64,000 nucleotides of DNA from Octopus sinensis. Its lineage: Eukaryota. Under the pieces are notes generated by a model. The model had not been told where the DNA came from. It was given only the letters and a program-made list of their open reading frames with translations, and ran no database searches. Location: assembly GCF_006345805.1 (NCBI RefSeq), contig NC_043014.1, positions 40,734,001 through 40,798,000 of the forward strand, read 5' to 3'. Within the stretch, counting starts at the first letter, position 1. Every line of letters begins with the position of its first letter. The position numbers and the translations under genes are program-made. Shown here piece by piece: positions 36,905-50,526 of this stretch.

Positions 36905-37252
36905 GGATAACTGCGCCTCAAGGATATCTGCCTGCAAGAAGGACCTAAAGCTATGCCAGATCAACACCCAAACATGGGAATCCGCCGCTGCCGACAGAAG
37001 TGCCTGGTGACACAGTGTCAAGTATGGTGCCATGACAGCGGAGAACCTGAGGACCACTACTGCCAAACTAAAGAGAACCAGGCGAAAGGAGCAGCAGCAG
37101 CAACCACAGCTCTCATCCCCTTTCACTTGTACCAGATATGGTAGAGACTGACACTCGATGATTGGTCTGCACAGCCACACCAGGAAGTGCAGATAAACCC
37201 ACCATCTTTTCCGAGCTACACCATCGTCTCTCGAGACGGACGGATGCCGACG

Positions 37253-37253
<1 letters not shown>
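36905..37253 (+). mobile_element. RTE LINE 3' end with C-terminal C2H2-type finger, followed by (TA)n
   Basis: KDICKKDLKLCQINTQTWESAAADRSAW...FTCTRYGRD.HSMIGLHSHTRKC*. The 3' hairpin CGTCTCTCGAGACG resembles that at ~46465. Confidence 0.85.
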
Positions 37254-37301
<48 letters not shown>

Positions 37302-37329
37302 GGCACATGGTTTAGTGGTTAAGGTGTTG

Positions 37330-37364
<35 letters not shown>

Positions 37365-37369
<5 letters not shown>

Positions 37370-37995
37370 GTACTGGGAGGACAAGAAATGGAATGAAGCG
37401 ACGAATCGTGGGGATTTTTCCTTGTGTAGTATGTCCTGTACTCTGTTTTTCTGTTGTAAAAAAATTTGTTTTTCCCGTTTTCGTTTCTCGTTGAGTTCTA
37501 CGTCTAGTTGTGGTGTCCTGTACTCACGTATATATATTTATATATGCATGTATATATACATGTAGATGTAGGTACGTACATATATGTTTGTATGTATGCA
37601 TATATTTTATTTATTACACTATATATATATATGGTGACAGCCGCCTGTACTATACGTGTCTTCTCTACCGAAAAGGTTACCGCTTCCCACGCTTGCTGAT
37701 CAATTGTTTTTGTCCCATTTTGTCTCAAAGTCGTTCCTGTTTTTATTCGTTACTGTTTCCAATTTTATCTTCGTCTCTTGTTTTCCTATTCGTCTCTGTT
37801 GTCACATTCTTTCCTTCTACCAAGCAAATCTAATGCCCATAGCTTAGCTTTTCCTTGGGGCTGGCCGTTTTGGAGCAAATCTCAGAATTAAACAGCTGAA
37901 ATTTGCCATGATGAATCGGTTTCTGACTGAAGAATGAAGGCTCCGAATGACTGTCTGTATTCCGTGTTCGTGAATTTCACGTTCTTTATATATAA
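37365..37995 (+). mobile_element. Probable PLE-type terminal fragment between (TA)n tracts
   Basis: (TA)n-flanked, T-rich, with a CTGAAGA-containing end. Assignment is by architecture only. Confidence 0.35.
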
Positions 37996-38029
37996 AGTTT
38001 TATTTTATATATATATATATATATATATA

Positions 38030-39722
38030 ACTCCAAGAAACTTAGAGGTTGCAAATCCAACCCACTAAGGGATAATATCTATCCAATATACTGCTGGTAG
38101 AATACCCAATTATTAATACACAAGTGTTTTTTATTGCATAGCAATTACATTACCTAGTGTACTAGATGGGTGAGGGTAAAGAGATATTTTACCATTAATT
38201 TATATAGCAATTAGAAAATGGCGGAGAACAATAGGTGGTTCATCAACTTTTATAAATTATATTAAGTTAATTTATTTATTTATTTACTAAACTGATAATT
38301 ACAATAATATATATACATACAAATAACATATTATTCTTTACATATAAGATATAAGATATAAAATATAGTAATATATAAGGATCATCATCATCATCATCAT
38401 CATCATCATTTAACGTCCGCTTTCCATGCTAGCATGGGTTGAACGGTTCAACTGGGGTCTGGCAAGCTCGAAGGCTGCACCAGGCCAGTCAGATCTGGCA
38501 GTGTTTCTACAGCTGGATGCCCTTCCTAACGCCAACCACTCCGAGAGTGTAGTGGGTGATTTTATGTGCCACCGACACAGGTGCCAGACGAGGCTGGCAG
38601 ATGGCCATGCTCGGATGGTGATTTTATGTGCCACTGACACAGGTGCCAGACGAGGCTGGCAGATGGCCACGCTCGGATGGTGATTTTATGTGCCACCGAC
38701 ACAGGTGCCAGACGAGGCTGGCAGATGGCCACGCTCGGATGGTGTTTTCTTATGTGCCACCGACACAGGTGCCAGACGAGGCTGGCAAACAGCCACGCTC
38801 GGATGGTGTTTGTTACGTGCCCTCAGCACGGACGCCAGTCGATGCGGTACTGGCTACGGTCACGTTCGGATGGTTTTCTTATGTGCCACCGGCACTGGTA
38901 CCACAAGGATACAAATTCCATTGATGTTCATCTATTTTGATTTGGTTTGATTTGATTTTATTTGATTTTGATTTTGATTTTCACTTGCCTCAACAGGTCT
39001 TGTATTTATTATAAAAAAACATGAATATAAATTGTGAATCCTTATATATTACTATATTTTATATCTTATATGTAAAGAATAATATGTTATATGTTATAGG
39101 TATGTATGTATATTATTGTAATATCAGTTTAGTAAATAAATAAGCTAACATAATACAATGTCTAAAAGTTGATGAACCACCTATTGAACCCCTCCATTTT
39201 CTTATTGCTGACGAGGCTGGCAAACGGCCGTTCATGGCCGTTTGCCACGCTCGTCTGGCACCTGTGCCGGTGGCACATAAAAAGCACCCACTACACTCAT
39301 GGAGTGGTTGGTGTTAGGAAGGGCATCCAGCTGTAGAAACATTGCCAGATCAGACTGGGCCTGGTGCAGCCTTCTGGCTTCCCAGACCCCAGTTGAACTG
39401 TCCAACCTATGCTAGCATGGAAAGCGGACCTTAAACGATGATGATGATGAAATAAGAAAATGGAGAAACCAATTCATCTTGTTCATCAACAATATCCATA
39501 AGTTGATGAACGAGATGAATTTGTTTCTCCATTTTCTTATTTGTATTATGAATTTACAGTAAAAATATTTTTTACCTTCACCCATTTAATACAATAAATG
39601 AATTAGTTGCATTGCAATTAAAAGCATTTATGTATTAAGAATTTGGGTACTTTACCAACAGTATATTGAATAACTGATATCCCATAGTGGGTTACATTCA
39701 TAACCACTATCTTACTTTGTAG
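38030..39722. mobile_element. Alternating-orientation array of PLE-type terminal segments with family D insertions at two turning points
   Basis: Minus 38030-38380 | D 38381-39000 | plus 39039-39208 | D 39209-39449 | minus 39450-39490 | plus 39502-39722. (TA)n at both outer ends. Confidence 0.65.
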
Positions 39723-39757
<35 letters not shown>

Positions 39758-41935
39758 TGGTGCCCCAGCATGGCCGCGACCTTCGGGCTAAAACATTTTT
39801 AATGATTTTAAGGATTTATATATATATATATATATGTATATGTATATATATATGTGTGTGTGTGTGAAGGCACATGGTTTAGTGGTTAAGGTGTTGCACT
39901 CACAATTGTGAGATTGTGGGTTTGATTCTCAGACTGGGCATTGTGTTTTGTTCTTGAGCAAAGCACTTCATTTCACATTGCTGTGTGATCATTTTGACAT
40001 CTGACATGTGGCACCCAGTTGCACCTGTACAGGTAATGTCAATCTGATGGAAGGAATGAGCTTATGTCTACACAAACATTTGATCACTCTAAACAAATCA
40101 TCTGTGAGGTTTTTTGGTAAGAAATTGTCGAACCCTCATATGTCATCTAATGACATATATATATATATATGCTGAGACACCATTTGGTCATGACTGACCA
40201 TGGGATTGCACCTAGAAAGTTACCCTCCCAGGTACAAGTCTAGGCAAGGTTGTTTATGGAAGACCAGCAGTTGCCCATGCATACCGGCCTCACCTCTCCA
40301 TGCCATTGATGTTATCCAAGGGAAAGGCAACAACCGATACAGCTTGGCACCTGTGATGTCGCAATTCATTTCTACAGCTGAGTGAACTGGAGCAACGAGA
40401 AATAGAGCATCCTGCTTAAGAACATGACACACAGCTCGGTCCGGGATTCAAACTCAAAACTTCACAATCATAAGCCTGACACTCTAACCACTGAGCCATG
40501 CACCTTCACATATGTATGTGCTATGTCACCGTGACCGTGACCGTGACCAACCAGGCTATCAGATGTTGCTACACATCGCTGGTCACAATGCGCTTCGCAT
40601 TGTTTTAGCCTTCAAATGACGCCACCCCGCTGGCTAAGCAGGCAGGCCAACAGAAGAAAGAGTGAGAGAAAGTTGTGGCGAAAGAGTACAGCAAGGAATC
40701 GCCCCCACCCCCTGCCGAAGCTTCGTGGAGCTATAGGTGTTTTCGCTCAACAAACACTCACAACTCGTGAAATTAACGTGTAAGTGGCTGAGCACTCCTT
40801 AGACACGTGTACCCTTAATGTAGTTCTCGGGGATATTCAGCGTGACACAGAGAGTGGCAAGGCCGGCCCTTTGAAATACAGGTACAACAGAAACAGGAAG
40901 TAAGAGTGAGAGAAAGTTGTGATGAAAGAGTACAGCAGGGATCGCCACCACCCCCTGCCGGAGCTTCGTGGAGCTTTAGGTGTTTTCGCTCAATAAACAC
41001 TCACAACGCCCGGTCTGGGAATCGAAACCGCGATCCTACGACCGCGAGTCCGCTACCCTAACCACTGGGCCATTGCGCCTCCACATGTGCTATGTATGTC
41101 TGTTTATATACAGGCATGTGTTGCTAGGCACATTTATGCACATAGCTATGTGCACGGATATCTGACTACTGTCTGGTCTTTATCATTGACTTCATTAATA
41201 GCTCCCACCCCTTTACCACCCATGTCACTTGCTCCTCTGTTGCTTGTCTCCTGCATCACACATCTCTATTATAGTTCTATCACTCATCCGTCTGTTACCC
41301 ATACCACCACCACCACCCATACCATTTTTTCAGGAAAGATTGCAAAATGGCCGATACTGATGGCATGTGCTCATTATACCACTGGCGCTTGATGTTAACA
41401 CAAGGAAACAAACAGTAGGCACCTTTGAGTTTCCACCTTCCAAATCCACTCATAAGGCCTTGAACAGCCTAGGGCTGTAGTAGAAGACACTTGCATAGGG
41501 TGTTGCACAGTGGGAATGAACTTCAAGCCATGTGATTGTGGAGCAAAATTTTTAAGCCTACAGCTATGTATAGTTAAAAATGTATATACATTTATGCCAC
41601 ACACAAATCTAAAGACACACATACTTATGAACATATATTTCTAAAGGTATGTGTGTATATAAATATGTGTATATATAAATATATGTGTATATATACATAT
41701 CTATCTATCTATCTATATATATATATATATATACACATACATACATTATACATACATATACACACATACATATATGCATACATTTAAAGATATATACATA
41801 TATGTTTGTGTGTGTGTGTATGTATGTATATATATATATCAAATAAAATAAAAAAACAGATGCATATATATGCATGTACTTGTGTATATATTCAATGGTG
41901 TGTGTGTGTGTGTATAAATATATGTATATACACAC

Positions 41936-41967
<32 letters not shown>

Positions 41968-42830
41968 TGAGAGATGTATTTAACTGTAAATATATATATA
42001 TATTTTTCAACTGTATATACATGTGTGTGTGTGTATGTATATATATATATCTATATATATATAAATACACACACACACAAATATATATGTATATAGACAC
42101 ACAAACACACACAAATATATATATATTTATATATATGCATATATAAATGTGTGTATGTGTATATAAATGCATAAACACACACAAACATCATATATAACTA
42201 TACTTGTGGATATATATATATATATACATGTATATGCACACATATTACATATATATGTATACATGCATATATTACAGCAGAATGCAGCAATGTATATCAT
42301 AAATATATATTTCGATGTGGTAGGACACCATGATAAATTTGGTTAGTACTTGTTGGCAGCAGAGCAGCCATGTAGAGGCCCCCATGTAGACTCGTGATGC
42401 TCATGTGGTTCACAATTCTATGTTAACTGTACTAGAACTGTGTTTTACTCTATCACGCCCTCGTTGAATAAATTCATATTTGTGATATATATATTTTTTT
42501 TTAATTGAAATCAATTAGTAGTTAGTGTGTAGAAAAACCAAAAAAAAATGATTCCAGCAAGAAAGAAGAGAAAAAAGGGAAAACAAAATAAGCAAAAAAA
42601 AAAAAAACCGAACGAAAATATCAGAGCGCAAACAGAACTCAGCTTGTTGTTGAGAATGCTATAAAGGAAAACACAAGAGGGGAGCAGGAGAAGTGTTTTA
42701 TTGTATCACCTAGTAGCGGTGGGAGCAATGTTAATGATGATGTTAATAGTATGCAGAGTGTAACAGTGATATTATAAAATTTGGATATATACATACAATA
42801 ATACATTAATCTCGAGAGCTGTATAGAGCA

Positions 42831-43395
42831 AGGGTGAAGTAGATAGACAGAAAGTAAGAGAGAGTGAAAGTGAAAGTGAAAGAAAGAAGAGAGAGAGAGA
42901 GTGAAGTGAAAGTAAGAGAGAAAGAGAGAGAGAGAGGATGAAAGTAAGAGAGAAAGAGAGAGAAGAGAGGATGAAAGTAAGAGAGAGAGAGGATGAAAGT
43001 AAGAGAGAGAGAGAGAGGATGAAAGTAAGAGAGAAAGAGTGAAAGTGAAAGTAAGAGAGAAAGAGTGAAAGTGAGAGTAAGAGAGAGAGAGAGAGAGTGA
43101 AAGTGAAAGTAAGAGAGAAAAAGTGAAAGTAAAAGTAAGAGAGATAGAGAGAGAGTGAATGTGAAAGTGAAAGTAAGAGAGGAAGAGAGAGAGAGTGAAA
43201 GTGAAAGTAAGAGAAAGAGAGTGAAAATGAAAGTGAAAGTAAGAGAAAGAGAGAGAGAGTGAAAGTGAAAGTAAGAGAGAAAGAGAGAGAGAGTGAAAGT
43301 GAAAGTAAGAGAGAAAAAGAGAGAGTGAAAGTGATAGTGAAAGTAAGAGAGAAAGAGAGAGAGAGGGAGAGAGGATGAAAAGAGAGCAGGAGGAA
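42831..43395. repeat. Degenerate purine-rich (GA)n/(GAAAGT)n array
   Basis: Direct inspection. Confidence 0.9.
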
Positions 43396-43759
43396 GCAGA
43401 AACACTGTAGCTTTCGACTGAATACTAAATTATGAAAATGTAAATCTCATCAGCCACCACTATAATAATAATAGCAGTGATTAGAAGAGCGTTGACTTTA
43501 TTTAAAGCAAGGAGTTTGAGTTGATGGAAATACATTGTTGTGGTGAATTTGTAAATATATATAAATGTTAAGTAGTTACAGGGTGAATTGGAAAACGAGG
43601 ATCTTGTCTGGGCACAGGATTGAGGGAGGAGAAATAAAGGTTGGATGACTATTTTGATACAGAGTCAGGAAGAAGAATGCGATGATGGGAGAGAGTGAGA
43701 GGGTAAAAACAAACAAGAGCGTGTATGATAATTTTTTCTACTTATGTGTTTCTGAATGC

Positions 43760-43860
<101 letters not shown>

Positions 43861-43917
43861 CTGTATATATATATATATGTGTGAGTGTGTGTGTGTGTGT
43901 GTGCGTGTATATACGTG

Positions 43918-43950
<33 letters not shown>

Positions 43951-44070
43951 ATATATATATGTGTGTGCGTGTGTATATATATATCTATCACAAGTGTAAT
44001 TTTTTCTCTTATGTATATTTGAATATATGTATGTATCTAGGTATACATGCATAAATGTGTATATATACAT

Positions 44071-44131
<61 letters not shown>

Positions 44132-44376
44132 TATATATGTATTCTTTTATTCTTTAATTTGTTTCAGTCATTTGACTGCGGCCATACTGGAGCACCACTT
44201 GTAGTTGAACAAGTCAACCCTAGGACTTATTCTTTGAAAGCCTAGTACTTATTCTATCAGTCTCTTTTGCTGAACCACTAAGTTATGGGGATGTAAACGC
44301 ACCAACATCGGTTGTCAAGCGATGATGGGGGGACAAACACAGACACACAAACATATACATACATACATACATATAT

Positions 44377-44451
<75 letters not shown>

Positions 44452-44615
44452 CAGGCTTCTTTCAGTTTCCATCTTTCAAATACACTCACAAGGCCTTGGT
44501 CAACCCAAGGTTATTAGTAGAAGACACTTGCCTAAAGTGCTTCACAGTGGGACTGAACCCGGAACTATGTGGTTGGCAAGCAAGCTACATACTCCTGTGC
44601 CTATATATATGTGTG

Positions 44616-44671
<56 letters not shown>

Positions 44672-44896
44672 GTATATATATATATATACCCACATGTATA
44701 AATATATATATATATACAAATTTTAATACAAGAAGATGGAACATATAAATTATATTAGAAATCACTACAATTGTTTCAGCACTTCAGTATCAGCTGGTAA
44801 TTGCTAAAGGTTACATATACTATACACATTATTGCACTAATATAATCAAATAATAGCTATATACATGCACATCTTCAGTTTAGTAAGTGAGTGCAT

Positions 44897-44950
<54 letters not shown>

Positions 44951-45206
44951 GTATATATATATATGTATATATAATGGGATCGCGGTTTTGATTCCCAGAC
45001 CGGGCGTTGTGCGTGTTTATTGAGCGAAAACACCTAAAAATCTCCACGAGGCTCCGGCAGCGGGTGGTGGCGATCCCTGCTGTACTCTTATGCCACAACT
45101 TTCTCTCACTCTTTCTTTTGTTGGCCTACCCACTTAGCCAGCGGGGTGGTGTCATTTGAAGCCTAAAACAATGCAAAGCACATTGTGACCCGGTCGGTCA
45201 TGTGAT

Positions 45207-45238
<32 letters not shown>

Positions 45239-46491
45239 CCAATGTAGCCTGACCCATTATGTTGGTCTTCTTGAAGCTGATAACTAAGCCAAAGTCACTA
45301 CATGCTTGCTCAAAACAGTTGATGAGCATTTGCAGGGCTTCTTCTGTGTGTGATATCAAGGCGGCATTATCAGTAAATAGCATCTCCTTGATCAGGACGC
45401 TTCTGATTTTGGTCTTGGCATGCAGATGCGAGAGATCGAACAGTTTCCCATCACTTCTACTGTGCAGAAACACTCCATCATCTGATGTCTCAAAGGCATG
45501 TGACAGCAGCAGCGAGAAGATGCCAAATAATGTAGGGGCAAGGATGCAACCTTGCTTTACCCTGTTTTTTATTTGGAAAGCAGCTGATGTTGAATCATTG
45601 TGCTGTATGCTGCCTTGCATATCATCATGTTTGCATATCCCAAACATACATATTGGAGACCACAAACTACAGGAGGTGGAGAAGTATACCTACAACCTAT
45701 TCCTTGATGCCGAGCTCAATATACGCATTGGCAAGGCAGCTACTGTGATGGCCCAACTCTCCAAATGGGTATGGGATAACAATAAGCTGACTAAGACCAC
45801 AAAAATGATGATTTACCAGGCATGTATACTTAGCACTCTACTGTATAGAAGTGAGACTTGGACACCATACATATGCCAAGAGCGTCGCCTAAATATCTTT
45901 CACCAGTGCTGCCTCCGGAAAATCCTTGGCATCAAATGGCAGAATCATGTCCCTAACAAAGATGTCCTCAAGCAAGGAGGAATACCAAGCATGTTTGCAC
46001 TCTTCACACAAAGACGTATGAGATGGCTTGGACATGTTAGCCATATGGAAGATGGCAGAATCCCCAAGGACATACTCTACGGAGAGCTTGCTAGGGGCAC
46101 TAGGTCTGTGGGAAGACCATTCTTACGACACAAGGATGTTTGCAAAAGGGACATGAAGGCCTGCGACATCAATATTAGTAACTGGAAGCAGTTGCCAGCA
46201 ACTGTGGAGATTGGCTACATACCGTAAAAGACGGAACACAAAGGAGTGACAGAGGGAGAGAGGAGAAATGGAAAGACAGGAAAACACTTCAACAAGAAAC
46301 TATGACATTACAACCAGCCAGGCAGGCAAAATCTTCGCTACATTTGCAGCACCTGCCAGAGGGTGTGTTTGTCTAGGATAGGACTACACAGCCACAGCAG
46401 GAGATGTATTAGGACATGAAGTGTAAAAGCCAGACTAGATTATTTTATGTGCAACTCCATTGTCTCCCGAGACAAACATGATACCAACAAC
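45239..46491 (+). mobile_element. 5'-inverted RTE LINE. RT segment 45245-45630 on minus, downstream segment 45637-46491 on plus
   Basis: Minus: HDDMQG..VKQGCILAPTLF..MLFTDNAAL..SFKKTNIMGQ. Plus: IPNIHIGDHKLQEVEKYTY..LLYRSETW..RWLGHV..KDILYGEL..GRP. (TA)n at both ends. Confidence 0.92.
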
Positions 46492-46509
46492 TATATATAT
46501 ATATATATA

Positions 46510-46734
46510 CCGGAGTAAACACATAAATGTGAAACAAGGTGGAAAAAAGAGTACTCAAATACCAGTGGTAGAGTAATATGCTTTATTTTAAGCAGCAGAA
46601 AATTCAACAAAATCTGTTACTCTGAGTTTCTCGTTGCCGTTCATCAGACAGTTTTTGCAAAAACTGTCTGATGAACGGCAACGAGAAACTCAGAGTAACA
46701 GATTTTGTTGAATTTTCTGCTGCTTAAAATAAAG
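46510..46734. mobile_element. Head-to-head PLE pseudo-LTR cassette containing a perfect 154-bp palindrome
   Basis: 46581-46657 and 46658-46734 are exact reverse complements with no spacer. The left arm extends to the element 3' end at 46510. (TA)n flanks. Confidence 0.9.
46664..46701 (+). ncRNA. Minimal hammerhead ribozyme (identical mirror copy at 46614-46651, minus strand)
   Basis: CTGT-CTGATGA-A-CG(GCAA)CG-A-GAAA-CTC(A)GAG-TA-ACAG. GNRA-capped helix II, near loop-less helix III, GUA triplet. Confidence 0.78.
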
Positions 46735-47579
46735 TATATATATATATATATATATAATATATATATATATATATACTGCATCTGCACGGTAAATTCGAAA
46801 AGTTAGAACCTATAGACACGTGGCTGATTACTTATAGCTCCATGTCTGTGCATTCAGTCTTGGCAACCTACTGAAGAAGCAGCGCCAGATATAGACTGAG
46901 ATTATTTTATTTCAATCTGTATTTAAGTCTGTAGAAACCTTGCAGAGTCTAGGATTAAGGTAAACGTTTTTATTTTTCAATCACTTTCGGAATTACAGCA
47001 ATTGGTGGCTTGGAGTTTTAACTGCTCTTTCTAGCGAGTCAGATATCTTATTCTTCAGGTATCTCTTTTATGTTTGAATGTACACTGTATTATTCTCTGA
47101 ATAATATATAGTCTATTGACTAATTTTTTCTCTCTCGCTAGACCACTGGTAACTAAGAATTTTTCGATAAATATCCTTGCTACCCTAAGATTTTAATTAT
47201 ATATATGTATATATATATATATGTATATTAGTGTTAAATAAATGTATATGTATGTATAAGGGTACATGCAGGCAAATCTTGGTTTAGTAGCCTCTCTTGA
47301 CTTGTAAAGCAACTATGACAAAGTCTGGCTATACAGCTATACAGCCGAAATTAGGTCTGTAAGCTGACAGGTTCTGATCTCCTGGCATACTAAGGAACTG
47401 ACCATATATCACTGAAGTGGAATGATAACAGACACAAAAGACAAGTAATTGTTCATGTTTACCATTTTTTGATATTATTATCTTAGAATGTTCATTTTTC
47501 TAAAAGTCAAAACAAACAAGTCTGTGGTTAATCTATTTTTAGTATTTTTTTCTTATTTGTATTTCTTTGTATTTCCAAG

Positions 47580-47745
47580 TTCTTCTTTGTCAATGGAATG
47601 CTAAAAATAGTATAATGGTGTAAATATAAAACAAAGTGAAACTGAAGATGATCAAGCTGTGCTTTGGACAATATTCAGCAGAAGACGTGCATATGTACAA
47701 CTATCTTTGGATCATATTAATACAATAATGTGTATAAAATTTGTA
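47580..47745 (+). pseudogene. Possible hAT dimerisation-domain relic
   Basis: SMEC*K..VNIK...RR..LSLDHINTIMCIK loosely matches CER.FS.MN..K..R..L...LM.I. Confidence 0.3.
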
Positions 47746-49597
47746 ACTTAGGCACAAGAGTGGCTGTGTGGTAAGTAGCTTGCTTACCAACCACATGGTT
47801 CCGGGTTCAGTCCCACTGTGTGGCACCTTGGGCAAGTGTCTTCTACTATAGCCTCGGGCTGACCAAAGCCTTGTGAGTGGATTTGGTAGACGGAAACTGA
47901 AAAGAAGCCCATCGTATAAATATGTATATATATGTGTGTGTGTATGTTTGTGTGTCTGTGTTTGTCCCCCCAACATCGCTTGGGAACAATTGCTGGTGTG
48001 TTTATGTCCCCGTAACTTAGCAGTTTGGCAAAAGAGACCAATAGAATAAGTACTAGGCTTACAAAGAATAAGTCCTGGGGTCAATTTCCTCGACTAAAGG
48101 TGGTGCTCCAGCATGGCCACAGTCAAATAACTGAAACAAGTAAAAGAGTAACTTTCAGCAATTACCAACTGACACTGATCACACAGTATAAAGCTACCTC
48201 CATTTCTACAACAGCCCTTATCTGGTTGAGAGTTAAAGGCAACAGTTGAAAGCTTTTACTGATTCTTCACGTTATCTAGTATTTCTTTTGATTTACAGAT
48301 GATTCCAACTGGCCAAATGAGGTTGTCCTGTATGCATCTCTAAACTTGGCTACAATATATATAAGTACTTTAAATTTAATGGATCAAAGTAGGTACCCTC
48401 ATCAGGTCACTCAAATTACTATAAACATCATCATCATCATCGTTTAATGTCCGCTTTCCATGCTAGGATGAGTTAGATGATTTTACTGAGGTCTGGTGAA
48501 CCAGATGGCTGCACTAGACTCCAATCTGATCTGGCAGAGTTTCTACAGCTGGATGCCCTTCCTAACACCAACCACTCCAAGAGTGTAGTGGGTGCTTTTA
48601 CGTTCCGCTGGCACGAGGGCCAGTCAGGTATTACTGGCAACGGCCACGCTCAAATGATGCTTTTTATGTGTCACCTGCACAGGAGCCAGTCCAGCGGCAC
48701 TGGGAACGACCTCGCTCGAATGTTTTTTTCACATGCCACCAGCATAAGTGCCAGTAAGGCGATGCAGGTATCCAAATTTCCCTAAAAATGGTGCCATCTT
48801 AACCCTTTTGTTATCATATTTCGGTTGAGATGCTCTGTACTTCTTTCAATTAATTTTAAATATAACAAAGAATTTAGCAAAATAACTTAGTTATCATTAA
48901 GCTAGTGTTAGGAACATAAATTCTGACTAAAGTTTAGTGGACGATTTTTAATTCAGAACTTTTAAAAACAAGAAAGAGTTAGAGGCAGTTGCAGGCAGGT
49001 TGGTATGAAAAGGGTAAAACAAAGGAAGAATTGAAGAATTCAGTTTGGAATACATAGCAACTTTTAAAAAAATCAAGGAAGGGAAACTTGCCTATTTTTT
49101 TTTTTTTTTGTATCACAGATCTGATTGATTAGGGCCATCTTGGGTTTAAAGCAAGACATTAAACTTAACACATATCTACTTTCAAAATTATTTCTTAATG
49201 GTTTGCAAAATCAAAGAAAACACACACACACATTTAAAATAAATTGATAGTATTAGAATAATATAACTGCAATTAAGTGAAGTACTCAATATGGTAACAT
49301 GAAGTAGAATTATATTGATTTGAGGAAGGGTGTTAGTCACAACTGGAAGTTTCACATTTCCAATCTTGACTCACTTGAAGATTAAGAGTGAAACTCCAGA
49401 CAATGAATCACACAGACTCATCTTCAGTATTGAATAAATTCGTGTGTGCTTGTGTGTGTGTGTGTGTGTGCGCATGCATGCAAGAGTATGATTATGTCAG
49501 AGAGTATGTGTGTGTGTCTGCATGTGTATGTATAAGTATATATATGTGTGTGCATGTGTAGATGTAACACACACACACAAACACACACACACACACA

Positions 49598-49631
<34 letters not shown>

Positions 49632-50526
49632 AGATATTTAGAAGAGCATGGAACATTCTGGTGTACGTGCCATTTGGAGTTTTCTTCATGAGAGCAGTTA
49701 AGTGCCCACATTATCAAAACCATAAAACAAAACTCGTTCAGATACAGCCCTGAAGAACTCTATTTTAATTTTTCCATAGAAGAGTAGATTTCCCTATCAA
49801 TACATGACCAACAAAAAACTATACCAAGACATCTCATACATCACTGAGACAATACAAAAGCACAGTGGTTAGGGTATTCAGCTTATGATCACAAGGTTGT
49901 GAGTTCAATTTCTGGTGATGCATTGTGTCCTTGAGCAAGGCACTTTATTTCACATTGATCCAGTCCACTCAGCTGCCAAAAATGAGCTCTACCTGTAATT
50001 CAAAAGGTGTGCAAGAGAGATGGTTGTGCTGGTTTGGTCATGTGATGTAGATGGATGCTGACAGCCCCATAAAGAAGTGCTGATCTCTCAATGTAGAACA
50101 TGCGGAAGTGGGAGACCCAGGAAGACATGGGACTAAGTACTGAAGAATGATCTCAAGAACATAAACCTTCCAGGCAAGATGACAAAGGAGTGAGATACCT
50201 GGCTGTACTCAGGAAGACCCGTACTTCACAGCAGAAGTGTTAAGACCGATCCTGCTGGTGGTGTAAAGCACTTGTGACAGGGCCACATAAAAGTGCCCGT
50301 GCAATGCCATGTAAAAGCAGCTGTGCAGTGTCCCATAAAAGTGCTTTTGCAGTACCATATAAATGCACCTGTGCAGTACCACATAAAACTGCCCATGCAA
50401 CACTATGAAAAAGCACCCATGCAATGCCATGTAAAAGTGTCCATGTAGTGCTACATAAAACCACCCAGAACACTCTGTAAAGTAGTTGGTGTTAGGAAGG
50501 GCATCCAGCTGTAGAAACCATGCCAA

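Noticed and set aside
37922-37956. CTGAAGA...GAAT motif near a TA-flanked end
   Set aside because: GAAA box and helices II/III are not supported. At best a decayed relic.
38555-38900. Regularly spaced repeats resembling a CRISPR array
   Set aside because: Units are wholly repeated with no unique spacers, lie inside a retroposon, and there are no cas genes in this eukaryotic context.
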